Shown: positions 1 to 10,956 of the stretch, in pieces
Layout of the letters: every line of letters begins with the position of its first letter
Numbering within the stretch: position 1 is the first letter of the stretch
NCBI GenBank assembly: GCA_964234715.1
Contig: OZ174276.1
Strand: one strand, 5' to 3'
DNA: 64,000 bases
Source of the DNA: Podarcis melisellensis
Taxonomy: Eukaryota
Notes under the pieces: generated by a model
Seen by the model: the letters and a program-made list of their open reading frames with translations, nothing else
Database searches by the model: none
Told to the model about the DNA's origin: nothing
Made by a program: the position numbers and the translations under genes

Positions 1-48
1 TTCTATGAGACAAGATAATCAACAGTGACACTGATTTATTAACTACAG

Positions 49-184
49 CAGGCATAGGCAAACTCCGGCCCTCCAGATGTTTGGGACTACAATTCCCATC
101 ATCCCTAGCTAACAGGACCAGTGGTCAGGGATGATGGGGATTGTAGTCCCAAACATCTGGAGGGCCAGAGTTTGCCTATGCCTG
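49..184. mobile_element. hAT-type MITE, palindromic, 136 bp
   Basis: 58-bp inverted arms (2 mismatches), 20-nt loop, CAGG..CCTG ends, perfect 8-bp TSD AACTACAG (41-48, 185-192). Confidence 0.92.
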
Positions 185-587
185 AACTACAGTGTACATA
201 CAAGTTTCAGCACCACCTGAGCCATGATTCCTCCTCCTACTCCCACTACAGAACCAGATACAAGAAAATTCCTTCCTTGTATGCAAGATAAAACAAAGCT
301 AGCCCCAATTTGGTACTTGGATGCAGAAAAATGCCTTTTTAGAAATTTCTGCCTATACATAGTATACAATGAATACTGCTTTGCTGGTTTTAAAGTCTTG
401 TCCCGACACCACAAATGACAAACAACATCATAGAAGCCCTACATGCCAAAGATATTGACAGTATTTGAGTACAATCTACTTTATTATACAACATAGCTTT
501 GTGACTTAGGTCAGGCTACAGTTTATCCTTCTAAGTCATCTCACATAGACTAATAATGATAAAAAAGTGTTGAGAAGAAAAAGGCAT

Positions 588-1124
588 TTAAATATCATCA
601 TCAAAGTCATCTCCTGTAGAAAAGAGGTTTCTATGCAGATTCTTTGAATTTGCGACACTAATAAGAGTATTTAAAAAAGGAGCAGATTGCTGTTCAGGCA
701 GTCTATTAAGCAGTTTTTCTTGAAGATGAACATTAGTCAAAGGAGGAGAGTGTTTCCCTCTTCCCACAGGCATGTCAGCTATGGGAACATGTTCAGTGTT
801 GGAGAACTTTTGCACTCCAGCTAGTGGAATGGATGCATGATGCCAATTACAGGGGCTGAAGGTTGCTGGCCTTTCAGCACTTGTCCCTGCAGCAGATGTT
901 TGGACTAGCGTTCCCTGCCTCTCTTGCATCATGGCAGTTTCATTGCCACTATTACAACTCTTACCAGATAAAAGGAATTTCTCCCACTTTGAAAGTCCAG
1001 CAGCTCTTGACTCTGAATCTTTATTCTTCTGGCACACCAGATGCTCTTTGACAGCAGGAATCACATTTACAGATGTATCATCTCCACAGGTTTTTTTAGC
1101 TACTATGGCTGAATCTTTTCTGTT
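588..1124 (-). CDS. MRNIP: MRNIP exon 7, terminal
   Basis: Contains ORF 588..1064; SKWEKFL and C-terminal TGDDFDDDI*; candidate AATAAA (minus) at 480-485. Confidence 0.9.
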   Translation of the reverse strand, partial: NRKDSAIVAKKTCGDDTSVNVIPAVKEHLVCQKNKDSESRAAGLSKWEKFLLSGKSCNSGNETAMMQERQGTLVQTSAAGTSAERPATFSPCNWHHASIPLAGVQKFSNTEHVPIADMPVGRGKHSPPLTNVHLQEKLLNRLPEQQSAPFLNTLISVANSKNLHRNLFSTGDDFDDDI

Positions 1125-4100
1125 CTATAATAAAAAGCAGGAGACTGAAATAATCAGAAATGCCAGATTGCAAATAAGTAAAGTTACTCTTTATCTGATG
1201 CACGTGTAGCTCTTCTGCTCTGTTATACACTCGGCTAGACTACATGGGTTGGTCTGTTCTAAGGTGGGTAAGTAAGTGGTCAACCTATCTGCAGGGAAGT
1301 AACAGGCACCACAGGTGGTGGTTCTGTTATTAAGACAGAACATTCTCAAATTCAGAAAGCAACTGCACAGCTTGCTAAGAAGCCTTGCTGAAGCAGAACC
1401 AGCACTGGTTTCTGCAAGGGCAAGTCCAGTTTTACAAACCTATTAAGAGTTCTTTGAGAGTTTCACCAAGCATATAGAGGTGATCTGGTTGATATAACGT
1501 ACTTGGGCTTTCAAAACACTTTTGACAAAGTACCTCACCAAAGACTCCTGAGTAAGCTTAATGGTAAAGCATTAAGAGAGGTTCTCTTGTGGATCAAAAA
1601 TTGGCTGAGTAGCAGGAAATAGAGAATAGGAATCAACGGACAGTTCTCTGAATGGACAGATGCAGAAAGCAGAGTCCTTCAAGGATTGGTATTGAGACTG
1701 TGCTTTTTAACGGGTTCAGAAGGGATCTAGAGTTAGGAGTGAGCAATGAGGTGGCCAAGTTTGTTGATGATTAAATTGTGAGAACAGAATGCTGGACTTA
1801 GATAGGCCACTGGCTGATCCTGCAGGCATTTCATGCATTCTTTAAGTTGATACTCATTGACAATCCAGCTCTTTCATAGCAAGATTAACATTGCATCCTG
1901 TATAGATATACACTACTTACATGGTGGGGAAAAAATTAGAGTAGGGCCTCATATAATGGCTGTAATAACCTCTACAGGCCCACCGCATGATAAGTAAAAA
2001 GCCAATTCACTGGCAACAAATACTGTAAAGTTGATTTGTCAGGTAAAAGAGTTGGTTAGAATATGTACAAACACCACCTTGCACTTTCAATGAGGCTTTC
2101 ATTATACTGAAAGTGCTCAGTAAGCTCTACTCATTTGGTAGGCTGCTTTGAGAAGAGCCATGGTAGTTAGGCAGATTTGAGTTCTACCCATTTAAGTAAC
2201 AAGGCAGGGAATACAACTTGAGTGAAACTTTTATGACATTTAAAAGAGGGTCCTGTAATACTATAGAACATTAAGTATTTGCTATCTTGGAGAAAGAGCG
2301 ATACCTCAAAATGTAGGACATCCTCTGCAAATCCAGAAGCTCTCCTTTTTCTAGACCCCTGGGAATTGTGTAAGCTGGTCTTCTGACACTTCCTAGCAGG
2401 TGCAACAAGATTAAAAGTGGTCCAATGAATTCACACAGCATCACGGAGAGAAAAAGCAAGTACCTCTTAGATGAGCCTTGTGATTCAGTTATAGTATTCT
2501 GGCATGTTCAAACAAGGCACCATTACTTACTATGCAAAAAATAAGAAACTACTACATATCCACCTTAGTGTGTTCTTGGAAGAGTAGCTCTGTTTTTCTG
2601 TATGCACCATTATCTCCTCCTCATCTTCCTTCCCTTGCTCTTCACACCTTCCATCGAGATATTTAGTCCAGCGGCTGACCAACTTTACCTTTTCCTCCTA
2701 GAAAAATTACAGAATCTCTTATCAAGAGTCCTAACTCACTATCCATCTCAGACTAAATGTTGCTTTAGTGATCTGTTTTAATCATAGCAAGAAACCTGAT
2801 AATGATTATTTTTATTAATACCACTGCTACTACTACTGTCCAGCCATCTCAAGTACCAAGAAAAGCTGAATTTGGTGAATTATGCAAACTCAGATGCATT
2901 TATTCTGGTTTTGCTTGTCATGGGGAAGGACAAGAGCTATGCAGGGCATTGGATGGTTTCTAATTAGTACCCCAGGCTTCTAAGATTTCAATAGGATCTG
3001 CCTGTGTTTATTCAAGCCCATCCTCATAACTATTTAAAACTATTTAAATGAAAGTACGTATGCTCAGAGAGCTTAATTCTGTGCCCAATCCAGAAGAACT
3101 GTGTTCTGGTGAACCATGACCTTTACACAATCCTGCTAATATTCAATTTGCTTCAGTAAAAACAAAGGTTGCCCAATGTCACATGGAGAAATGGGTCCTT
3201 ACTTAATTAAACAAATGGATAAATTACTGTTATAAACATTTACACGAAAATAAATCCTGAGAGTATGGGGGGTTAGCTAAACTGTCATCTCCTTTCCTTG
3301 ATTTGTATTTTAAGGGCTTGTGACTGGCTGTCCTTCAATTTTGACTTTGAAGATACACTTTATTTAATCCAAAGGGGTTTACCTGCCTGCCCGAATTCTC
3401 TTCCAGTTTAACTATTGTGTTCTCACCATCTCTCTTTATTGGTTCTTCTATGGACCTGAAAATAATCAATGCACTTAATGTTATATCACTATATTAATGT
3501 ATGTGTTTTAGAGTTCATATGTACGGAAATGTGAGCACAAACTGCAAAGCATCAGGTCTCTCTCTCTCACCCACATGATCAAGGTGTCTCCCCTGCCAGG
3601 TAAGTATAATAATAATAATAATTTTTATTTATACCCCGCCCTCCCCAGCCAAGGCCGGGCTCAGAGCGGCTTACAAGCAATAATAAAAACAAGTTAAATG
3701 ATTACAACTTAAAAACAAAATTAAAAAATACAACATTAAAATATTGAAACATTAAAATATTAAAATGTAGTCTCATCGCAGAAGGAGAAGGAGAAGAAAA
3801 AAGAGGTAGAAGACATCACACACTATCTGCTGATTTGCCCCTTGTATACAATACCCAGAGGAAAATTTATATCTCCAATTCTTAATTGGCTTCCTGGTCG
3901 ATCTGCACAGAAAGTGACAGTTGAACTCCTAGTGGATAAACATCTATATATTACACAAGCGGTAACCAAATTTGTGCAGTTCCAGCTATGTGAATGCACT
4001 CCAATTTTAAAATTTAATGTTGTAAATTTATTTTTATGTTGTAAACTGTTACAGGCTACGTTTACGATAGTAGAGGAAAGTTTTCCTTTTATTTTCTGTC

Positions 4101-7100
4101 ATTCATTGTAAAGACCTTTGGCTATATACAATAAAAATTAACTTGACTCTCACCCACATCCACACCTTTAGAAAATGCAACTGTGGTAATTAATAATTGT
4201 TAATAATGGAACAAAGGAAATATGATACAACATGCAATGAAAAATGTTAAGATGGTGTGCATAAATCCCGCTAGCCAAATCAGTACCTATGGTCTTAACA
4301 AAACCTTAATTACTGCAACAAATAAGTTTAGGCAGCTCAGCTGGTCTAAAGGATTGTTTCAGATTTAAATTGAAGTGTTGTCAACAGTTCTACTCCTTGA
4401 TCATAGTAATCATAACATTTTAAGCAGTTATTGAACCTATTTCCACAGAAGCCAAGTTTAATGGACATCGCGTCACCTTTCTGAATTTGCTAGTCCAGAT
4501 TGGAATAAACTAAGTGGGAGCAGAAGCATTATTTTAATCACATTAAATCTTTGCACTGCAGTTGACTATTGTAGAATTGCTGAACATTTCTAATTAAAAT
4601 CCATTGGGTGATAGATGTACTCAGAAGACACCCACTGAAATCAATGGACTTAAGTAACCTTAAGTCGACTAATTCCAATGGGTCTACTCCGAGTATGACT
4701 TTGCTCGATACCACCCATTATATGCAATTTAGAATGTAAGTTATATTGCAAATGTATACAAACACAAAACAGCAAATAATCAGTTAATACCATACCTAAG
4801 CATTTCCGTAGGTCCCTGCTCTACCTGTCCTTGTAGCAAATTGAGTTTTTGTACATGGCGCCTGCAATCAGATCCAGAACCCTGACCAAAAATCTAAAGT
4901 AACAAAAGTTTTGTTAACACTTATTTTCACAGTTCTTTAATGTTATAAAGGCAAGGAAATAGCATCATAGCTATATCTGAGAGGCCCTAGTTCCAGGGAC
5001 ATTACTTAATAATGGGCACTTCCTGCTTGTAAATCTGACATATATACAACCTTTTGCTTTAACAGACTTGCACTGTACATCTTATCACTCCACACTTTAG
5101 CAAAGAATGCAGGATACTCTTCTTTGTGTACTTTAACCTCCACATAGTTTATATAATCAGAATAATTACTACGACTCCCTTCTTCCAATACATGTTTTAT
5201 AGTAGTTCTCCTATAGTACTATATTTGAATCACATTTTTTATCATCAACATGATAACGTATTAAAATCTCTTCTAGTTGAGGAGGTACCAGAAAAAATAG
5301 AAACATTCCACTGCTTAACCTATTTTTAACACCAGATTATGTGAACAGATTCCTATTGCAAGATAAGGAGATTTTTTTAAAAAAGAGATTAATGTGGGTA
5401 ACATAGATTTCTAATACTAATACAACAAAATCCTATTCATGTCCACGCAGCAGTAAGCCCCACTGAATCGAATGAGATTTGTTCCTAGTTAAGTATGTGT
5501 AGGATTGCAGTTTGAGAATCTGAGGAAAAAGAATCCACCTACTAAAAAGCCAGTTCACTGATAAAAGGTAAAGGTACCCCTGCCCGTACGGGCCAGTCTT
5601 GACAGACTCTGGGGTTGTGCGCCCATCTCACTTAAGAGGCCAGGGGCCAGCGCTGTCCGAAGACACTTCCGGGTCACGTGGCCAGCGTGACATCGCTGCT
5701 CTGGCGAGCCAGAGCCGCACACGGAAACGCCGTTTACCTTCCCGCTGGTAAGCGGTCCCTATTTATCTACTTGTACCCGGAGGTGCTTTCGAACTGCTAG
5801 GTTGGCAGGCGCTGGGACCGAGCAGCGGGAGCGCACCCCGCCGCAGGGATTCGAACCGCCAACCATTCGATCGGCAAGTCCTAGGCGCTGAGGCTTTAAC
5901 CCACAGCGCCACCTGCGTCCCCAGTTCACTGATAGCAGGACTTAAATAAAGGAACTGTGGGTACTCACCTTTAGAACTGACTGCTTTTCATCACATACTT
6001 TGCAATTCCATTTTTGGCTCTTTTTGATCTAAGACAGAATTGCAGATATAATTCTTTAATAACCCACACAATTCATATTATTGTGGGTGAAACATTCACC
6101 ACTATGCATGTTTCTGTAACTATTCATCAATTTTCAATAAAAGCCAAGTGTGTATTTTAAGGGGCTCAAGAACAGGTCTATGGTCAGAGTGTTGTGTATA
6201 CTGTGCACTTATACGTATATCAGAGTTGTTTATTGTAGGTTTTCTGTTCCTTTTTTCCCTTAGTATTCTTTTGTATTACCTAATATAAAAAAAGTATATC
6301 AGAATTGTGCACCATCATTTGAACTCTTCACCCTGGCCATAATTCAATCATAATCCATAGATTTAATGGCCAAAGGAATCACAACTCTTTAAAGACGAAG
6401 TGCAACAGTGACCATTCTACAGATTGGGGCATGTGCAATGCAGGCTACAGTCTGCTACAAGCCACATCTGACTGCCTTGCACGCATTACATTTTATGCAG
6501 CCCCAAGTCCCTCCCAAAGCTGCTCCATTCTTCCATCCAATCAACATTTGTTCCTTCCTGTTTGTTTCCTCCTTAATTTTGGCCACAGTTAAAACTGAAG
6601 CAAGACTATCTTTATTCTGGAAAACACATCCAGAATAATACTGTCTCTTTTTGCCCAACCCACTGCTAACATGTGGCCCCTGGCAGATTCCGTCCAAGGT
6701 AATGTGGCCTTTGACAGAAGAAAAGTTGCTCCACTCATGCTTTGACCAGGGAGCAGGAGCACTGCAGAATGGCACAGTGGCAGAATAAATAGCTGCAGCT
6801 GGTTCAAGTCAAAGTACATGGAATGGCAAATAATAAAAAAGGAGTTTCAAGCCCAGTGGTTGCCAAGCTTTCTTCCACGTGGACCAACTGAAAATTGTAG
6901 AAAATTGGCAGGCCAATTAATGTTTCTGCCTGTTGCAGCAATTGGTAATGTGCTGTGCTAAATGCTGTATGATTTTAATTGTATTTTTATTGCTTCTTTT
7001 ATTTCCTATTTCATGTGTTACTGTATCACCATAGAATTCAAATTATAATACAATAACATACAATATACAGAAGCAAAATAAATACAATTAAAAAACAATG

Positions 7101-7875
7101 CGAGTATATAAAATGGATGTGCCATTTCTCATCTTCAAACACAAATCCAGAGACACCACAGACCACCTAAATGAAGCTCATGGACCACAGGTGGCCTGTT
7201 GACCAGTTTGGGAACACTTGTTGCAGCCAGTGAGTGATGCACAATGATTTGATAGTACCCCAATAGATGCTGGTTTTTAGTACTATATTTACTTAATTCA
7301 TCAATAAAGACCACTGGTCTCTAAGAAAGGGTAACACCTCCCCTCCCCCTTGGTATACATTTTGGTCCATTTCAGATTTTCAGACCTGTAGCAACCTTTG
7401 TGTAACTGTAGTCAGTGCTTTTGTGGGGGGATGCAGGGATATGCATACCCCTAAACATATTCTGAATCTTTGTACTTTTGTCCATTTACTGTATTTATTT
7501 TCCCCGATTTGAACTATAAAATGGTGATTTTCTTGAGTCAAAGTGAGAGTACCCCTAAACGTGTTTGGGTTTTTTAAGGGGGGGGGGAAGCACTGACTGC
7601 AGTGATGGAAATGCCCAAGTTTGCTCTGAAGGCAAAGCCAGCTTGCAAGACCTCAACTTATGTCTGTTGCGTCTTGTATGGGACTAGATGACTCTTGGGG
7701 GTCCCTTCCAATTCTACAACTCATCTGTTCTGTGAGCCCGAGGAGGACAGAGCTCGGGTTCAATCAAGTAGCCCGCGCGCTCCAGCCGGCAGGTCCCGCT
7801 CCCCCGCGGCCTCACCTGCTGGACTTGGAAGACGTTGCAGAAGCAGCACCTCAGCACCTGAAACTGCTGAGCCAT
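588..7875 (-). CDS. MRNIP: MRN complex-interacting protein (C5orf45), whole gene, 7 coding exons, ~349 aa
   Basis: Exons 7816-7875, 5969-6028, 4796-4893, 3383-3455, 2564-2697, 2305-2392, 588-1124 (1050 nt, phases consistent, all GT-AG). N-terminal Cys-rich MAQQFQVLRCCFCNVFQVQQ/IKKSQKWNCKVCDEKQSVLK/IFGQGSGSDCRRHVQKLNLLQG, internal VSRWTKYL and SKWEKFL, C-terminus LFSTGDDFDDDI all match MRNIP. Position downstream of TBC1D9B as in human. Confidence 0.93.
1420..1850 (+). mobile_element. CR1 LINE reverse-transcriptase fragment (degraded)
   Basis: Encodes a Y-L-G-F-Q-N-T-F-D-K-V-P-H-Q-R-L-L-S-K-L-like stretch (CR1 DFxKAFDKVPH motif) with frameshifts. Confidence 0.8.
2305..2392 (-). CDS. MRNIP: MRNIP exon 6 (KCQKTSLHNSQGSRKRRASGFAEDVLHFE)
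   Basis: 88-nt open exon with AG/GT ends; supplies the phase 2->0 change needed to join exon 5 to exon 7; basic RKRR stretch. Confidence 0.75.
2564..2697 (-). CDS. MRNIP: MRNIP exon 5 (EEKVKLVSRWTKYLDG...)
   Basis: SRWxKYL motif; acceptor TTTCTAG; donor AAG|GTGGAT is weak (see findings). Confidence 0.82.
3383..3455 (-). CDS. MRNIP: MRNIP exon 4 (SIEEPIKRDGENTIVKLEENSGRQ)
   Basis: TTTCAG acceptor, CAG|GTAAAC donor, phase 2->0 fits neighbours. Confidence 0.8.
4796..4893 (-). CDS. MRNIP: MRNIP exon 3 (IFGQGSGSDCRRHVQKLNLLQGQVEQ...)
   Basis: Conserved GxGSGxDCRRHVQKLN motif; AG|GTATGG donor. Confidence 0.93.
5564..5921 (-). mobile_element. Sauria SINE (Squam1/POM-like), full length
   Basis: GGGACGCAGGTGGCGCTGTGGGTTAAA head, GGTTCGAATCC B box, (ACCTTT)n tail, perfect 13-bp TSD CAGTTCACTGATA. 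Confidence 0.93.
5969..6028 (-). CDS. MRNIP: MRNIP exon 2 (IKKSQKWNCKVCDEKQSVLK)
   Basis: TTAG acceptor, AAG|GTGAGT donor, CxxC motif. Confidence 0.93.
6853..7220. mobile_element. Old non-autonomous DNA transposon; related copy at ~44843-45100
   Basis: CAGTGGTTGCCAA ... TTGGGAACACTTG imperfect TIRs; shares ATTGCTTCTTTT and GTGCCAT..TCTTCA..CACAAAT blocks with the 44.8-kb copy. Confidence 0.55.
7413..7595. mobile_element. hAT-type MITE (CAGTGCTT termini)
   Basis: CAGTGCTT ... AAGCACTG ends; 8-bp TSD ACTGTAGT/ACTGCAGT (1 mismatch); internal TACCCCTAAAC repeat. Confidence 0.8.
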
Positions 7876-8250
7876 CAGGGACACTGCTCTCAGTCAGCGC
7901 AGCTTCTTCACTCGCATGGGAGAGAAAAACACACGCCTTCCATCTCTCCCAGGGGGCGAGAGGGACTGGCAAGCGCCGCCTCAGCAGCCCACTTCCCGCT
8001 TAGGCTCCCCTTAAGCCCAAACATTTGGCGGGAAATGGCGCGCGATGCGCAGATAGGTTCCTCCTCCCCCCATTTCCTACGGCTTTTCATTGGCCTCGTG
8101 CATGATCTAATTGGGATGGGCGGGGACGCGGTTCCTCCATTAACTAAGGGCTCCCCTCGAGAGGCAGAGTTGTTTTGGCCGCCGAGTGATTTCCTGGTTA
8201 CCTTTGAACCCTCCGACGGCGTTTGGGGGGGGGTGATAAAAAGCAAAACA
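7700..8250 (-). promoter_or_regulatory. CpG island / MRNIP promoter
   Basis: GC- and CpG-rich. TTTGGCGGGAAA (E2F) 8024-8035 overlapping AAATGGCG (YY1-like); ATTGG (CCAAT on minus) 8089-8093 and 8110-8114; GGGCGGGG 8118-8125. Confidence 0.8.
7816..7875 (-). CDS. MRNIP: MRNIP exon 1 (MAQQFQVLRCCFCNVFQVQQ)
   Basis: ATG at 7875 within CpG island; donor CAG|GTGAGG. Confidence 0.92.
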
Positions 8251-8866
8251 GCTGTATGCAGGAGGTAGCGAGAAATCCAGGATTAATTAAGTAGTAATGA
8301 CGAGTCAGACAGGACTAATCGACCGAACAAAAATGAGTATTATTATCCCCATTTTACGGGTGGAAGGGACGAGGCTGAGAGATGGGGTGGGTCAGGAGGC
8401 TAAGAGTGGCTTATGGCAATTATCCTTCCTGTAGAGTTTATACCCAGGTAGCCTGGTTCCACGTTTTCCCCATTCCCCTCCAGTTTATCAGAGCAACTGA
8501 CTTCATGCATCCTTTTTACTTTGTTTATATGCCATCTAGTGGGCAGAGTGAAGATTTGACATTTCCTTACATCCCAGTTTGTGAGGCTGGCACTATTTCT
8601 GTAAGTTCTCTGCTTTATAGGCTTACATACATATGTTCTTTACTGTACATTTGATGAATGGTAGCTGCATGTATCAGCTGGTTCTGCTGAAACTTTTTGC
8701 ATTTGAGACAGTATCAAAATGTTATGTCTAGTGGCCCATTTCTGCAGTAAACTCATCACTTGATGCTGCAGTCATCAAGTGAAAGGATGCATGTAGTAGC
8801 CAGTTACAAGCAATTCCTAGAGTCAAGATGATTCAATGCCATTAAACATACCCAAGGTCTTCATTA

Positions 8867-8992
8867 CAGTGCTATTTTTCTAGAAAAAGAGGTTCCAAAA
8901 CTCAACATGAAAACCTCCCTCATTCTCTTATAATGGCAATGGCACCCAATTGAGAGGAGCCGGAACTGAGTTCCAGTTGAAAAAAAGCCCTG
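8867..8992. mobile_element. hAT-type MITE between TBC1D9B 3' end and MRNIP promoter
   Basis: CAGTGCTATTTTT ... AAAAAAAGCCCTG ends; 8-bp TSD CTTCATTA/CTTCAATA. Confidence 0.75.
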
Positions 8993-9198
8993 CTTCAATA
9001 GCTTGCAAGTTTTATTTCTACGCACACAAGAAAACTTCAAAATTGCTTGTGTCCCCTGATCCCATGGCTATTCATTTCATGTATTCTTCCCAAAGGCCAT
9101 TGTTATGCATATGAAAAAATGAGGAACTGTGGAAGAGAACAGGCATGGTCCTGAAGGTGAAATAAAAGAAAAAGAAGTCTTATGTGTGATTCTGTTCA

Positions 9199-9204
9199 TT
9201 TATT
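9199..9204 (-). terminator. Candidate TBC1D9B polyadenylation signal (AATAAA)
   Basis: TTTATT on plus at 9199-9204 after an AU-rich ~1.75-kb UTR, followed on minus by a U-rich stretch; alternative at 9011-9016. Confidence 0.55.
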
Positions 9205-10956
9205 GAATACATGATTGATCAGACAAAAACCAATGTAAAATCACATGTATTTGTTTTTTTAAAAAAATTACAATAAATTACTGAATTAGTAAAAGCTCTC
9301 CAGGTGCATCGCTAAGAAGACAGTCTTAAAACAAATACTGGTTGTGAATACATACAGAGTACGCCACAAAATTGTAGTAACACTGGGTATTGCACCATGT
9401 GGTGTGTTCCTTGTATATTCCAAGGTCACTCTTGCTCTTTCTGAACTGCCAGTATGTTCCATATTCATCACTGGTCCAACAACAGCCACACACTAGCATT
9501 CACACTGTTTCAATGGTGCTCATATGACTGAGTAAAATAATTATGCAATAAGATGAGCAGGTATACAAATATAAACAAATATAATAGTGCTTCTTTAGAG
9601 TGAATGCCTTCCCATAGGGAAGTTATCAATCCCAAAATGGAGCTCCAGTTTTCCTCAGGCCTACAACTGATTCTCAGAGCACAGATCTCATAACCACACT
9701 CTATGCCGCCGGAAAAGAAGGTTGCCTAAACACCACACAACATTATAAAGTAGGTAACAGACACTGTTTGGAGGGTACAACCAGCAAGATTCCTATGGTG
9801 TGGAACTTCTGGACCAGCATGTAGCCAGTAGGTTACTTGGTTCAGATAAACTGGACTAATCTCTGCTTTCTGCTTAGTCCTAAATTGTGTACACACTTGC
9901 ATTACTTGAGCCCAGCACACACACCAAAGCAATAGATCCACTTTCACCATGGTGAGAAACAGATCAGATAAGCAGCCTGTACAGTGATGCAAGTCTTTTA
10001 TGATAACTAGCTTACTGGTGATGGGGCTTAGATCTTCCATGTTATTATTAACTTCTTTAAACCCCACATTTCTGAGCCCTTGTACGTACCATCAAAAATT
10101 ATGAAGTAAACACTCTAATGCCCCAAAGCACCGAGAATTCTGTTCTTATCAGTGTCTTGCAATTCTCAGGATTGTTGCATTCACTTCACCCTCTCCAGTC
10201 TCCATAGCTTTAGCAATTCTCAGTGCTGCCTCCCCCCCCCCCCCGGGATATTAAAACAACAAAAACCAAAAAAATTACATGGCACTGAAGAGTTAAAACT
10301 GGGCTAAAACATATTAGTATGCATCTTTCTTGGGCAGTGTTGACCACATGCTACTGTGATGGTATGTCATCTGGGATAGAAACCAGCTGTCCCAAGACCC
10401 TGGTACATTCTAGCGGCAGGATGCCAGGCGTAACAGAGCATAACATCCTTTACCTCTGACTAGTTACTGCGTAGCATCTAGGTTCCTAACAAAGCTCTCT
10501 CAGGCAGGCTGGGGATCTCTACAGCATTTTTATACATGGCGTTAAGGTCACAGGGAGGCAGCCAAAGGTATAGAGGAAGCAATTCAAGCTAGGCTGCATT
10601 TCTTGTGAGCAACTACCAAGGAACCTAAAGCAATAGTGTGACTGAAATCAAGCTTCATTAAAGAAAGATAGGCAGAGGCACACATGCATAATTTACCATA
10701 GTAATTCTAGGCCACAGAGGCTATTAGGTTCTAATGGCTTTCATGCTTTTGAGAATGTAATGTAAGCACAGCAAGCAAGGTGTCCTCCAGGGAGGTATCT
10801 ATACCAAAGAGTCATTGTGATAAGTCCCTTACTCAGCTGAAGTGACTTTAATTGTTGGGTAGTTGTAGGTGTTGGTAAAAAACAAAAAACAAGTGTCCAG
10901 CTATCTGCCAGGTTTCTAGTTCTCCTGCCTCTATTATTTACATCTATCTCTTGAGT

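Noticed and set aside
1-587. SQSTM1 3' end expected by synteny on the plus strand
   Set aside because: No SQSTM1 coding sequence recognisable in the window; a UTR cannot be supported from sequence alone.
5006-5188. 60-aa protein-looking ORF in MRNIP intron 2
   Set aside because: TTG start, no recognisable homology, no convincing splice sites, and not needed for the MRNIP frame.
7660-8268. 202-aa plus-strand ORF antisense to MRNIP exon 1
   Set aside because: CpG-island artefact with no recognisable motif.
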